Shown piece by piece: positions 37,351 through 47,458 of a DNA stretch of 64,000 bases. How positions within the stretch are numbered: position 1 is the stretch's first letter; the number at the start of each line of letters is the position of its first letter. The DNA comes from an uncultured Gemmatimonadales bacterium (GTDB lineage: Bacteria; Gemmatimonadota; Gemmatimonadetes; Gemmatimonadales; Gemmatimonadaceae). Both the position numbers and the translations under genes were made by a program. The notes beneath the pieces are model-generated. The model saw only the letters and a list, made by a program, of their open reading frames with translations, searched no databases and was not told the DNA's origin. The DNA lies in contig CAWKNZ010000002.1 in the NCBI GenBank assembly GCA_963851265.1, positions 160,001 through 224,000 on the forward strand, read 5' to 3'.

Positions 37351-38834
37351 CGCGGCCGGCGCGGGTCGGGGGCGGTGCGGTCGGGGCCGTGCTGGCCGCG
37401 GCGCTCCTCGGTACGCCCGGCCCCGCCCCGGCGCAGGGAGCGCCGCCCGGGGCGGCGCCGCCCGCGCCGCGCTACGCCGCGACCTGGGCCTCGCTCGACG
37501 GCCGCCCGGTGCCGGCGTGGTACGACAGCGCCAAGTTCGGGATCTTCATTCACTGGGGCGTCTACTCGGTCCCCGCGTGGGCCCCGACGGGACCGGACGT
37601 GCCGGTGTACGAGAAATATGCGGAGTGGTACGAACGGCGCGTGCGCGAGGACAGCGCGCGGGGCGGGCCGTTCTGGCGCTTCCACGCGCGCGTGTACGGC
37701 GCGGGCACGCCGTACGCGGCGTTCGCGCCGCAGTTCCGGGCCGAGCTGTGGGACGCGGGCGAGTGGGCCGAGCTGTTCGCACGCAGCGGGGCGCGGTACG
37801 TGGTGCTCACCTCGAAGCACCACGACGGCTTCGCGCTCTGGCCGAGCGCGGAGAGCCCGGGGTGGAACAGCGCGGCCGTGGGGCCGCGGCGCGACGTCGC
37901 CGGCGAGCTCGCGGCCGCCGTGCGCGCGCGCGGCCTGCGGATGGGCTTCTACTACTCGCTCTACGAGTGGTACCACCCGCTCTACACGGCCGACACCACT
38001 GCGGCCGGCGCGGCCCGGCTGCGGCGCTACGTCGACGCGCACATGCTCCCGCAGCTGCGCGACCTCGTGACGCGATACTGCCCCGCGGTGCTCTGGACCG
38101 ACGGCGAGTGGGAGCACCCGAGCGCCGCGTGGCGGAGCCCCGAGTTCCTCGCCTGGCTCTTCAACGAGGGGCCTAACGGCGCCGAGGTCGTCGTGAACGA
38201 CCGCTGGGGCGCGGAGACGCGCGGCCGCCACGGCGGCTTCTACACGAGCGAGTACGCCGTCGAGAAGTTGCCGTCCGGCGACGGCGGCGCGGCGGTGCAC
38301 AAGTGGGAGGAGACGCGCGGCGTCGGGGGCTCGTTCGGCTACAACCGCGCCGAAGCGTTGGGCGACTACCGCACGGGGCGCGAACTCGTGCACCTGCTGG
38401 TCGAGACGGTGGCGCGCGGCGGCAACCTGCTGCTCGACGTGGGCCCGACGGCGGACGGCCGCGTGCCGGTGGTCATGCAGCAGCGGCTGGCCGACGTGGG
38501 CGGCTGGCTGCGGACCAACGGCGAGGCGATCTACGGCACGCGGCGCTGGCGCGTGAGCGCCGACACGGGGGCGGGGGTGGGCGGCGGGGCGCCCGCGGTG
38601 CGCTACACCGCGCGCGGCGACACCGTGTACGCCGTCGCGCTCGAGTACCCGGCGGGGGAGCTGGTGCTCGCGGCACCGCGCGCGGGTCCTGGCGCGGCGG
38701 TGTCGCTCGTCGGGTACGGCGGGCCGCTCCGCTGGCGCGTCGAGGGCGGCCGGCTCCGGGTGGCGGTGCCCGCGCTTTCGCCCGACGGCCCGCTGCGGCA
38801 CGCGTACGTCTTCCGGCTCACGGGGGTCTCGTGA
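37347..38834 (+). CDS. GH29 alpha-L-fucosidase
   Basis: WY..AKFGIFIHWGVYSVP, YAEWY, TSKHHDGF, LWTDGEW, NDRWG, GGNLLL.VGP, NGEAIYGTR. Confidence 0.93.
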   Translation: MTRPARVGGGAVGAVLAAALLGTPGPAPAQGAPPGAAPPAPRYAATWASLDGRPVPAWYDSAKFGIFIHWGVYSVPAWAPTGPDVPVYEKYAEWYERRVREDSARGGPFWRFHARVYGAGTPYAAFAPQFRAELWDAGEWAELFARSGARYVVLTSKHHDGFALWPSAESPGWNSAAVGPRRDVAGELAAAVRARGLRMGFYYSLYEWYHPLYTADTTAAGAARLRRYVDAHMLPQLRDLVTRYCPAVLWTDGEWEHPSAAWRSPEFLAWLFNEGPNGAEVVVNDRWGAETRGRHGGFYTSEYAVEKLPSGDGGAAVHKWEETRGVGGSFGYNRAEALGDYRTGRELVHLLVETVARGGNLLLDVGPTADGRVPVVMQQRLADVGGWLRTNGEAIYGTRRWRVSADTGAGVGGGAPAVRYTARGDTVYAVALEYPAGELVLAAPRAGPGAAVSLVGYGGPLRWRVEGGRLRVAVPALSPDGPLRHAYVFRLTGVS

Positions 38835-38883
38835 GCGCGCCGCGCGCAACGTTGTTTTCCGTCCCACGTCCGGAGTGTGCCTC

Positions 38884-40926
38884 GTGAATCGACGCCGTTT
38901 CGTTCAGTCCGCGGCGGCCGGCCTCGCGGCCGCCGCGCTCCCCGGCGTCGCGGAGGCCGCCGGCACGGCCGGAGCGCCCGGCACCGCCGGGGCGCCCGGC
39001 GTCGCCGGCGTCCACTTCGGCCGCGCCCCGCTCGCCGCGGTACCCTACGCGCCGCTTCCGTTAGGCGCGGTGCGCGCCCGCGGCTGGCTCGCCGAACAGC
39101 TCCGGCTGATGGCCGACGGCCTCGCCGGCCACCTCGACGAGCGCTACCCGCTCGTCGGCCCCGACAACGCCTGGCTGGGCGGCGCGGGCGACACGTGGGA
39201 ACGCGGCCCGTACTGGCTCGACGGGCTCGTCCCCCTCGCGCACACGCTCGGCGACGAGGACGGCGCGCGGCGCGCGGCGCTGGTCGCCAAGGCGCGGCCG
39301 TGGGTCGAGCACGCGCTCGCCTCGCAGCGCGCCGACGGCTACTTCGGCCCGCCGGACGACGCCGGACGCGGGCGCGACGCCGACGGCGTGCAGCGCGCGA
39401 ACTCCGCCGACTGGTGGCCGCGGATGGTGATGCTCAAGGTGCTCCAGCAGCACCACGAGGCCGCCGGCGACCCGCGCGTGCCGCCGTTCATGGCGCGCTA
39501 CTTCGCGTACCAGCGCGCGCGGCTGCCCGAGACGCCGCTGAATCACTGGACGCAGTGGGCGCAGCACCGCGGCGGGGAGAACCAGGCGAGTGCGCTCTGG
39601 CTCTACGACCGCACGGGCGACCCCGCGCTGCTCGACCTCGCGCGGCTGCTGCAGGCGCAGACCTCCGACTGGACGGACGGCTTCGCGCACGAGCAGCCGC
39701 CGTCGACGCACGGCGTGAACGTGGCGATGGGCGTGAAGCAGCCCGCGGTGGCCTACCTGCTCGACGGCGACCCGCACCGGCTGGACGCCGTAGACCGCGG
39801 GCTCGCGTTCCTCCGGCGCGACCACGGGCAGGTGACCGGGATGTTCTCGGGGGACGAGCCGCTGCACGGCACCGACCCGCTGCAGGGCACCGAGCTGTGC
39901 ACGGTCGTCGAGCTGATGTTCTCGCTCGAGACGCTCGTGCGCGTGACGGGGGGCGTGGCGCACGCCGACCACCTGGAGCGCGTCGCCTACAACGCGCTGC
40001 CCGCGCAGGTCATGCGCGACTACACCGCGCGGCAGTACTACCAGCAGCCCAACCAGGTGGTGGTGGACCGCGACGACAGTCACTACGTGCAGCAGCACGA
40101 CGGCACCTCGCAGCTCATGGGGCTGCTCACCGGCTACCCGTGCTGCACGGTGAACATGCACCAGGGGTGGCCGAAGTTCGTGCACGCGCTGTGGCTCGCG
40201 AGCCGCGACGGCGGGCTCGCGGCGATGACGTACGGGCCGAGCGTGGCGCGCGTGACCGTGGGCGGGGTGCCGGTCGAGGTGGAGCAGGCGACGGCCTACC
40301 CGTTCGAGGACGACGTGCGCGTGGTGGTGCGCCCGGCGCGGCCGGTCGCCTTTCCGCTGCACCTGCGGGTGCCGGCGTGGGCGGAGGGGGCGTCGGTGCG
40401 GGTGAACGGCGCGCCGGGGCCGGAGGCGGTGCCGGGGCGCGTGGTGCGGGTGGCGCGCACGTGGCGGGCGGGCGACGTGGTCCAGCTGCGGCTGCCGGCA
40501 CGCGTGCGGACGAGCGCGTGGCACAAGGGGCTCGCCGGCGTGGAGCGCGGGCCGCTCGTCTACGCGCTGCCGGTGGGCGAGGACTGGCGGCGGATCGGCG
40601 AGCAGGGGGGCGTGCCGACCTACGAGGTGCACCCGACGACGCCGTGGAACTACGCGCTGGTCGCGGGCGCGCCGATGCGCGTCGAGCGGCCCGCGCCTAA
40701 CGGGCGGCCGGGTGCGGTGCCGCTGCGGCCGTGGACGGCCGCGGCCGCGCCGCTCGCGGTGGTGGCCGCGGGGCGGCGGGTGCCCGGGTGGCGGCGCTAC
40801 GCGTCCGTGGACGGCACGCTGCCGTACAGCCCCGTCGCGACGGCCGAGCCCGCGGAGGCGTTGCGGCTGGTGCCGTACGGGTGCACGACGCTGCGGCTGT
40901 CGGAGTTCCCGGTGGCCGCGGGCTAG
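38884..40926 (+). CDS. GH127/GH146-family beta-L-arabinofuranosidase-like protein, Tat-exported
   Basis: Twin-arginine NRRRFV; WERGPYWLDG, HGVN, GDE, ELC.VVE, YPCC..N..QGWPK. Confidence 0.88.
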   Translation: MNRRRFVQSAAAGLAAAALPGVAEAAGTAGAPGTAGAPGVAGVHFGRAPLAAVPYAPLPLGAVRARGWLAEQLRLMADGLAGHLDERYPLVGPDNAWLGGAGDTWERGPYWLDGLVPLAHTLGDEDGARRAALVAKARPWVEHALASQRADGYFGPPDDAGRGRDADGVQRANSADWWPRMVMLKVLQQHHEAAGDPRVPPFMARYFAYQRARLPETPLNHWTQWAQHRGGENQASALWLYDRTGDPALLDLARLLQAQTSDWTDGFAHEQPPSTHGVNVAMGVKQPAVAYLLDGDPHRLDAVDRGLAFLRRDHGQVTGMFSGDEPLHGTDPLQGTELCTVVELMFSLETLVRVTGGVAHADHLERVAYNALPAQVMRDYTARQYYQQPNQVVVDRDDSHYVQQHDGTSQLMGLLTGYPCCTVNMHQGWPKFVHALWLASRDGGLAAMTYGPSVARVTVGGVPVEVEQATAYPFEDDVRVVVRPARPVAFPLHLRVPAWAEGASVRVNGAPGPEAVPGRVVRVARTWRAGDVVQLRLPARVRTSAWHKGLAGVERGPLVYALPVGEDWRRIGEQGGVPTYEVHPTTPWNYALVAGAPMRVERPAPNGRPGAVPLRPWTAAAAPLAVVAAGRRVPGWRRYASVDGTLPYSPVATAEPAEALRLVPYGCTTLRLSEFPVAAG

Positions 40927-40951
40927 CGCCCGCGCCGCGGCGCGCGAACCC

Positions 40952-40980
40952 TTTACGCGTCCCGGTCCGTCGTGTAGCGT
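40952..40980 (+). promoter_or_regulatory. Putative sigma70 promoter of the arabinose ABC-araB-araD-abf operon
   Basis: TTTACG-N17-TAGCGT. Confidence 0.55.
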
Positions 40981-40997
40981 GGCCTCACGCCGTCCGG

Positions 40998-41013
40998 GTG
41001 TAAGCGCTTACAC
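40998..41013. promoter_or_regulatory. LacI-type operator (perfect palindrome GTGTAAGCGCTTACAC)
   Basis: 16-bp perfect palindrome with TGTAAGCGCTTACA core, just downstream of the -10. Confidence 0.8.
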
Positions 41014-41090
41014 GCCCGCCCGCCGACACGCGCCCGCGGGCTCGGCGGTACGCCGCGGCGCCCCCTTCCGCCCTCTCACGTGGCCCCCGC

Positions 41091-42095
41091 GTGAACTCGA
41101 CCACCGCCGCGCCGGCCGCCGCGCCCGCGGCCGCGCCCGCGGCCGGCGCGCTCCGCCGCCTCCTGGCCGTGCGCGAGGCCGGCGTGCTCGGCGCGCTGAT
41201 CGTGCTCTGCGTCCTGCTGTCGTTCGCCAGCCCCTATTTCTTCACGTTGCGCAACATATTCAACGTGCTGCAGGGGATGAGCACGATCGGGATCATGGCG
41301 GTCGGGATGACGATGGTGCTCGTGTCGGGCGGGCTCGACCTCTCGGTGGGCTCGGTGCTCGCCGTGGGCGCGGTGGTCACGGCGCGCCTGATGACCTACG
41401 CGGGGCTCGACCCGTGGCTCGCCGTGCTGTGCGGCCTCGGCTCGGGGGTCGCGTTCGGGCTCGTCAACGGGTTGCTCGTCACGCGGCTCGGCATCGTGCC
41501 CTTCATCACGACGCTCGGCACGCTCAGCATCGGCCGCGGGCTCACCTTCCTGCTCGCGAGCGGCGGCGCGGGCACGGTCGCGAGCAACGTGCCGATGCGC
41601 GACGCGGGCGTGGGCTTCCTCGGGGCCGGCTACGTCGGCCCCGTGCCGATGCCGGTGATCATCATGCTCGCCCTCGTCGCCCTCGCCGCGGTGTTCCTCG
41701 CCAACACCGTGCTCGGCCGGCAGATCTACGCGGTGGGCAGCAACCCGCGCGCGGCCCGCCTGTCGGGCGTGGCGGTGGGGCGCGTGCAGCTCTTCACGTA
41801 CGTGCTCACCGGCGGCCTCGCGGCGCTCGCCGGCGTGGTCAGCGCGGGGCTCCTGTCGACCGCGTCGACCAACGCCGGCGAGGGTGTCGAACTCGACGTG
41901 ATCGCGGCCGCGGTGATCGGCGGCACGAGCCTGCAGGGCGGCGAGGGGAGCGTGGTGGGCACGCTGTTCGGCGCCGCGATCATGGCCGTCGTGCGCAACG
42001 CGTTCGTCCTCCTCGGCCTGCCGCTGCACTTCCAGACGATGATCATCGGCGCGGTGATCCTGCTCGCCGTCGGCCTCGACCGGCGCCGCCGCTGA
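41091..42095 (+). CDS. Monosaccharide ABC transporter permease (RbsC-like)
   Basis: GGLDLSVGS, PFITTLG, GR.IYAVG.N..AARLSG, ELDVIAAAVIGGTSL.GG.G. Confidence 0.93.
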   Translation: MNSTTAAPAAAPAAAPAAGALRRLLAVREAGVLGALIVLCVLLSFASPYFFTLRNIFNVLQGMSTIGIMAVGMTMVLVSGGLDLSVGSVLAVGAVVTARLMTYAGLDPWLAVLCGLGSGVAFGLVNGLLVTRLGIVPFITTLGTLSIGRGLTFLLASGGAGTVASNVPMRDAGVGFLGAGYVGPVPMPVIIMLALVALAAVFLANTVLGRQIYAVGSNPRAARLSGVAVGRVQLFTYVLTGGLAALAGVVSAGLLSTASTNAGEGVELDVIAAAVIGGTSLQGGEGSVVGTLFGAAIMAVVRNAFVLLGLPLHFQTMIIGAVILLAVGLDRRRR

Positions 42096-42147
42096 CCGCC
42101 GGACCGTCGACTCCGCCCCTTCCCACTCCGCCCCGTCTCGCTCGCCG

Positions 42148-43218
42148 ATGCCTGCTCCCGACCGTCCGCTCGTCGCCGTCGTCGCCGCCCTCACCTTCGC
42201 CGCGGCCGCCGCGGGCGCGTGCAGCAAGGGGCCGCCGGGCGGCGCCGGCGCCGCGGCGTCCGGCCGCCCCGCCAACGCGCCCGCGTTCGCGTCGACGGTC
42301 GTGGCCCCCGACGAAGGCACGGTGCGGCCCGTGGCGCAGGCGCCCAAGCGGCCGCTCCGCATCGCGGTGCTCGGGCTCGAGAGCAGCCAGTTCTGGATCC
42401 CGGTGAAGACGGGGCTCGCGCGCGCCAACAAGGAGCTGCAGGGGCGCGCGACGGCGGAGTGGATCGTCCCGGGCAACGTGCACACGGCCGACGTGTTCGG
42501 CCGCGCGATCGACGCCGCCGTCGCCAAGCAGTACGACGCGATCGCGACGATCGCCGGCGACGCGGGCGTGGCGGCGTACATCGACCGCGCCGTGGCCGCC
42601 GGCGTGCCCGTGGCGACGTTCAACTCCGAGACCGACACGCCCAACCAGCGGCTGTTCTTCGTCGGCGCCGACAGCTACGCGCAGGGCAAGGCGGCCGGCG
42701 AGCTGATGTGCAAGGCGGTCGGGCCTAACGGCAAGGTCGGCGTCATCACCGGCTTCTTCTCGGTCGAGGCGCACGCGGCGCGCGTGAAGGGCTTCGAGGA
42801 CGCGCTCAAGGCGGGCTGCCCGAACGCGGCGGTGGTCGGCCGCGTCGAGAACCGGGACAAGGCCGACGTCGCCTACCAGGAGGCGAAGGACTTCATGACC
42901 GCGCACGCGGACCTCGGCGGCATCATCGCGACCGCCGGGTCGCCGTTCGGCGCGGCGCGCGCGATCGAGGAGGCGGGCAAGGCGGGCAAGGTGCACATGA
43001 TCTCGTTCGACGCGGTGGACGAGACGCTGGACTACGTGGACAAGGGCGTGATCGACGCGACGATCGGGCAGGACCCCGACGCGCAGGGGCACGACCCGAC
43101 GGTCCGCCTCTACAACTACATCGTCGCCGGCCAGCTGCCGCCGGCGGGGCGCCTCGCCACGCGCGCCGACGTGATCACGAAGGCCAACGCGTCCAAGTAC
43201 CGCATCCCCAAGGCCTGA
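42148..43218 (+). CDS. Monosaccharide ABC transporter substrate-binding lipoprotein
   Basis: Lipobox AAGAC; RbsB-like fold (GVPVATFN, FVGAD.Y.QG, R..GF, FD, TIGQDP). Confidence 0.9.
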   Translation: MPAPDRPLVAVVAALTFAAAAAGACSKGPPGGAGAAASGRPANAPAFASTVVAPDEGTVRPVAQAPKRPLRIAVLGLESSQFWIPVKTGLARANKELQGRATAEWIVPGNVHTADVFGRAIDAAVAKQYDAIATIAGDAGVAAYIDRAVAAGVPVATFNSETDTPNQRLFFVGADSYAQGKAAGELMCKAVGPNGKVGVITGFFSVEAHAARVKGFEDALKAGCPNAAVVGRVENRDKADVAYQEAKDFMTAHADLGGIIATAGSPFGAARAIEEAGKAGKVHMISFDAVDETLDYVDKGVIDATIGQDPDAQGHDPTVRLYNYIVAGQLPPAGRLATRADVITKANASKYRIPKA

Positions 43219-43230
43219 GCGCGCCCCGCG

Positions 43231-44808
43231 ATGTCGAACGCCCCGGCGACGCCGCCGCTCCTCGACGCGGTCGGCGTGCACAAGCGCTACGGCGGGGTGC
43301 ACGCGCTGCGCGGCGTGAACCTCGACGTCCGCGCCGGCGAGGCGCACGCGCTCTGCGGCGAGAACGGCGCGGGCAAGAGCACGCTCATCAACGTGCTCGC
43401 CGGCGCGGTGCGCCGCGACGAGGGGCGCGTGGTGTTCGGCGGGCGCGAGGTCGACTTCCGCACGCCCTCGGAGTCGCAGGCCGCGGGCATCGCGGTCATC
43501 CACCAGGAGCTCGCCACGATTCCCGCGCTCTCGGTGGCGGAGAACCTGTTCATGGGGCGGCTGCCCACGCGGGGCCGCCTGCTCGACCGGCGCACGATGC
43601 ACGAGCGGGCGCGCGCGCTCGTCGCCGACGTCGGCCTCGCGGTGGACCCGCGCACGCCGGTCCGCGACCTGAGCCTGAGCAACCAGCAGCTCGTCGAGAT
43701 CGCCAAGGCGCTCTCGCAGCAGGCGCGGCTCATCATCATGGACGAGCCCTCGGCGTCGCTCACCGAGCACGAGACGCAGCACCTGCTCGACCTCGTGCGG
43801 CGGCTGCGGTCGCAGGGGGTGGCGATCCTCTACGTGTCGCACCGGCTGCACGAGGTGTTCGCCGTGTGCGACCGCATCACCGTGTTTCGCGACGGCGCTT
43901 CCGTGCGCACGGTCGACACCGCCGACGTCACGCCAGCGGCGGTCGTCGGACTGATGGTGGGGCGCGAACTCGCGGCCGCCGCGGCGCACCACGAGGCGCA
44001 CGCGGCGGGCGAGGCGGTGCTCGAGGTGCGCGGTCTCAGCACCCGTCGGGGCGCGGGACGCGGCGGCGCGACGCGAGGCCGCGCGACGCGAGGCGGCACG
44101 ACCGGCGACGGTGGCTCGGTGCCGCTCGACGACGTGAGCCTGACGGTGCGCCGCGGCGAGATCGTCGGCATGGCGGGCCTCGTCGGCGCGGGGCGCTCCG
44201 AGGTGGCGCGCGCGATCTTCGGCGCCGACCCCTTCGAAGCGGGGGAGATCCGCCTCGCGGGCCGGCCCGTGCGCTTCCGGTCGCCGGCGGACGCGATCGC
44301 GGCGGGCGTCGGCATGGTGCCCGAGGACCGCAAGGGGCTCGCCCTCTTCCTCGACAAGCCGGTGCGCTGGAGCGTGTCGATGGCCACCCTCCCCACGTTA
44401 GGCCGGGGCGGCGTCATCGCGCTCGGGCGCGAGCGCGCGCTGGCCGAGGACTACGTGCGGCGGCTGCGCGTGCGGACCCCGGGGATCGAGGCGCCGGTGC
44501 GCTCGCTCTCCGGCGGCAACCAGCAGAAGACGGTGCTCGCGCGCTGGCTCGCGACCGGCCCCAGACTGCTCATCCTCGACGAGCCGACGCACGGGGTGGA
44601 CGTCGGGGCCAAGGCGGAGATCTACGAACTGGTGCGGTCGCTCGCGCGCGAGGGGATCGCGATCCTCCTCATCTCGTCCGAGTTGCCCGAGGTGCTCGAC
44701 CTGAGCGACCGCATCGTCGTGATGCGCGGCGGCCGGGTGGCCGCGACGCTGGGCCGCGCCGAGGCCGACGAGCGGACGGTGATGCTGCACGCCACGGGGA
44801 CCGAATGA
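43231..44808 (+). CDS. Monosaccharide ABC transporter ATP-binding protein (RbsA-like)
   Basis: GENGAGKST, IMDEP, GLVGAGRSE, LSGGNQQK, LDEPT.GVDVGAK. Confidence 0.95.
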   Translation: MSNAPATPPLLDAVGVHKRYGGVHALRGVNLDVRAGEAHALCGENGAGKSTLINVLAGAVRRDEGRVVFGGREVDFRTPSESQAAGIAVIHQELATIPALSVAENLFMGRLPTRGRLLDRRTMHERARALVADVGLAVDPRTPVRDLSLSNQQLVEIAKALSQQARLIIMDEPSASLTEHETQHLLDLVRRLRSQGVAILYVSHRLHEVFAVCDRITVFRDGASVRTVDTADVTPAAVVGLMVGRELAAAAAHHEAHAAGEAVLEVRGLSTRRGAGRGGATRGRATRGGTTGDGGSVPLDDVSLTVRRGEIVGMAGLVGAGRSEVARAIFGADPFEAGEIRLAGRPVRFRSPADAIAAGVGMVPEDRKGLALFLDKPVRWSVSMATLPTLGRGGVIALGRERALAEDYVRRLRVRTPGIEAPVRSLSGGNQQKTVLARWLATGPRLLILDEPTHGVDVGAKAEIYELVRSLAREGIAILLISSELPEVLDLSDRIVVMRGGRVAATLGRAEADERTVMLHATGTE

Positions 44809-46643
44809 CGGCGACGCACGACGCCCACGACGCATCCCGCTACGCGGTCGGGGTCGACTACGGCACCAACTCGGTGCGCGCGCTCGTCGTCGACGTGCGG
44901 ACGGGAGAGGAGCTGGGCACGGGGGTGTTCGACTACCCGTCGGGCGCGCGCGGCATCCTGCTCGACCCCGACGACCCCGAGCTCGCGCGGCAGAACCCGC
45001 GGGACTACCTCGACGGGCTGGAGCAGAGCGTGCGCGCGGCGCTCGCCACGGCCGCGCGGCGCGGCGGGTTCGACGCGGCGCGCGTGGTCGGCGTCGGCGT
45101 CGACACCACGGGTTCGACGCCGATCCCGGTCGACGCAAACGGGCGCCCGCTCGGCCTGGACGAGCGCTTCCGCGGCCGCATGGCGGCGCAGGTGTGGCTG
45201 TGGAAGGACCACACGTCGCACGCGGAGGCCGCACGCCTCACGGAGGTCGCGGCCGCCCAACGCCCGCACTACCTCGCCAAGTGCGGCGGCCGCTACAGCT
45301 CGGAGTGGTTCTGGGCGAAGATCCTGCGCTGCGCGCGGACCGACCCCGAGGTGTTCGACGCCGCGCACACGTGGGTCGAGCACGCGGACTGGATCCCGGC
45401 CGTGCTGACGGGCACCGAGCGGCCGGACCAGCTGCGCCGCGGGATCTGCGCCGCCGGGCACAAGGCGATGTACCACGCCGACTGGGGCGGCTACCCGGAC
45501 GAGGCGTTCGTCGCCGCGCTCGACCCGCGGCTGGTGCGCGTGCGGCGCACGCTGCCCGAGCGCACGTACAGCGTGGCCGAGCCCGCGGGGCGCCTCACGG
45601 ACGCGTGGGCGGCGCGGCTCGGGCTGCCCGCGGGGATCCCGGTCGCGGTCGGGGCGTTCGACGCGCACCTCGGCGCGGTGGGCGCGGGCATCCGCGAGGG
45701 AACGCTCGTCAAGATCATCGGGACCTCGACGTGCGACCTCATGATCGCGCCGTTGGGGCGCGGCGTCGCCGACGTCCCGGGGCTCTGCGGCATCGTGCCC
45801 GAGAGCGTGCTCCCGGGCGCGTACGGGCTCGAGGCCGGGCAGAGCGCGGTGGGCGACATCTTCGGCTGGCTCGTCGACACGGTGCGGCCGGCCAACCAGG
45901 GCCACGCGGAGCTGACCGCGGACGCCGCGCGGCTCGCGCCGGGCGAGAGCGGCGTGCTCGCGCTCGACTGGTGGAACGGCAACCGCACGGTGCTCGTCGA
46001 CCAGCGCCTCACGGGTCTCATGCTCGGCCTCACGCTCCACACCACGCCCGCGGAGATGTACCGCGCGCTCGTCGAGGCCACGGCGTTCGGCGCGCGCGTG
46101 ATCATGGAGCGCTACGAGGAGTACGGCGTTCCCGTCGCGCGCATCGTGAACTGCGGCGGCATCGCGGAGAAGAACCCGTTCGTGATGCAGATCTACGCCG
46201 ACGTGATGGGGCGCCCGGTGCAGATCTCGCGCTCCGCGCAGACCTGTGCGTTAGGCTCGGCGGTGGCGGGGGCCGTGGTCGCGGGGGTGGACGCGGGCGG
46301 GCACGCCGACTTTACCCGGGCCGCGGCGGCGATGACCGGCGTGCGCGACGAGGTGTTCACGCCCGTCCCGGCGCACCAGGCGATCTACGACCGCCTGTAC
46401 GCGCTGTACCGCCGGCTGCACGACGCGTTCGGCCTGCCGGACGGCCTGCCGGACGGGGGGGCGTCCGGGGGTGCGGGCGGCGACATGTACGGCGTGATGA
46501 AGGCGCTGCTCGACGTGCGCGACGCCGCCCTGCGCGGCGCCGGCGCGGACGCGCAGCGCGACGCGCGGCTGGCCGACGCCGATCGGTCGCCGACGGACGG
46601 CGCCGAGGCGCCGGCGCACGCCCACGCCGGGACGGAGGGCTGA
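44805..46643 (+). CDS. araB: L-ribulokinase
   Basis: GVDYGTNSVRA, GVDTTGSTP, WKDHT, YSSEWFWAK, AAGHKA, EAGQSAVGD, NGNRT. Confidence 0.93.
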   Translation: MTATHDAHDASRYAVGVDYGTNSVRALVVDVRTGEELGTGVFDYPSGARGILLDPDDPELARQNPRDYLDGLEQSVRAALATAARRGGFDAARVVGVGVDTTGSTPIPVDANGRPLGLDERFRGRMAAQVWLWKDHTSHAEAARLTEVAAAQRPHYLAKCGGRYSSEWFWAKILRCARTDPEVFDAAHTWVEHADWIPAVLTGTERPDQLRRGICAAGHKAMYHADWGGYPDEAFVAALDPRLVRVRRTLPERTYSVAEPAGRLTDAWAARLGLPAGIPVAVGAFDAHLGAVGAGIREGTLVKIIGTSTCDLMIAPLGRGVADVPGLCGIVPESVLPGAYGLEAGQSAVGDIFGWLVDTVRPANQGHAELTADAARLAPGESGVLALDWWNGNRTVLVDQRLTGLMLGLTLHTTPAEMYRALVEATAFGARVIMERYEEYGVPVARIVNCGGIAEKNPFVMQIYADVMGRPVQISRSAQTCALGSAVAGAVVAGVDAGGHADFTRAAAAMTGVRDEVFTPVPAHQAIYDRLYALYRRLHDAFGLPDGLPDGGASGGAGGDMYGVMKALLDVRDAALRGAGADAQRDARLADADRSPTDGAEAPAHAHAGTEG

Positions 46644-46644
46644 C

Positions 46645-47358
46645 GTGGCGCACGAGGCGCTGAAGGAGGCCGTCTGGCGCGCGAACCTCGACCTCGTCGC
46701 GTCGGGGCTCGTCGTGCTGACGTGGGGCAACGTGAGCGGCGCGGACCGGACCGCCAACGGCGGCGAGGGCGTGATGGCGATCAAGCCGAGCGGCGTGGCG
46801 TACGAGGCGATGCGGCCGGAGGACATGGTCGTGGTCTCGCTCGCGTCGGGCGAGGTCGTGGACGGCGCGCTGCGGCCGTCGTCCGACACGCCGACGCACC
46901 GCCACCTCTACCGGCAGTGGCCAGCGTTAGGCGGCGTGACGCACACGCACAGCCCGCACGCGGTGAGCTGGGCGCAGGCCGAGCGCGACGTGCCGTGCTT
47001 CGGGACGACGCACGCCGACCACTTCTACGGCCCGGTGCCGACCACGCGCCGCCTGCGCGACGACGAGGTGCGCGGCGCGTACGAGCACAACACCGGGGTC
47101 GTGATCGCGGAGTGCTTCCGCGAGCGCGGCCTGGATCCCGTGGCCGTGCCGGGCGTGCTGGTGGCCGGGCACGGGCCGTTCGCGTGGGGCGCGTCGCCGC
47201 GCGACGCGGTGGACAACGCGATCGCGCTCGAGTCGGTCGCGCACATGGCGCTCAACACGCTGCGGCTGAACCCGGACGCGCCGGGGATCGACCAGGTGTT
47301 GCTCGACAAGCACTACCTGCGCAAGCACGGCGCGGGCGCGTACTACGGGCAGGGCTGA
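46645..47358 (+). CDS. araD: L-ribulose-5-phosphate 4-epimerase
   Basis: TWGNVS, IKPSG, PSSDTPTH, HTHS, GTTHAD.F.G, KHG..AYYGQ. Confidence 0.95.
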   Translation: MAHEALKEAVWRANLDLVASGLVVLTWGNVSGADRTANGGEGVMAIKPSGVAYEAMRPEDMVVVSLASGEVVDGALRPSSDTPTHRHLYRQWPALGGVTHTHSPHAVSWAQAERDVPCFGTTHADHFYGPVPTTRRLRDDEVRGAYEHNTGVVIAECFRERGLDPVAVPGVLVAGHGPFAWGASPRDAVDNAIALESVAHMALNTLRLNPDAPGIDQVLLDKHYLRKHGAGAYYGQG

Positions 47359-47458
47359 CGTCCGGCGCGCCGCGCGGAACGACGGTGGCTCCGCCCGTCG
47401 CTCATCCTCCTCGATCGCTCCCTCGATCGATCCCCCACCGCTCTCTCGACCGCTCCCC

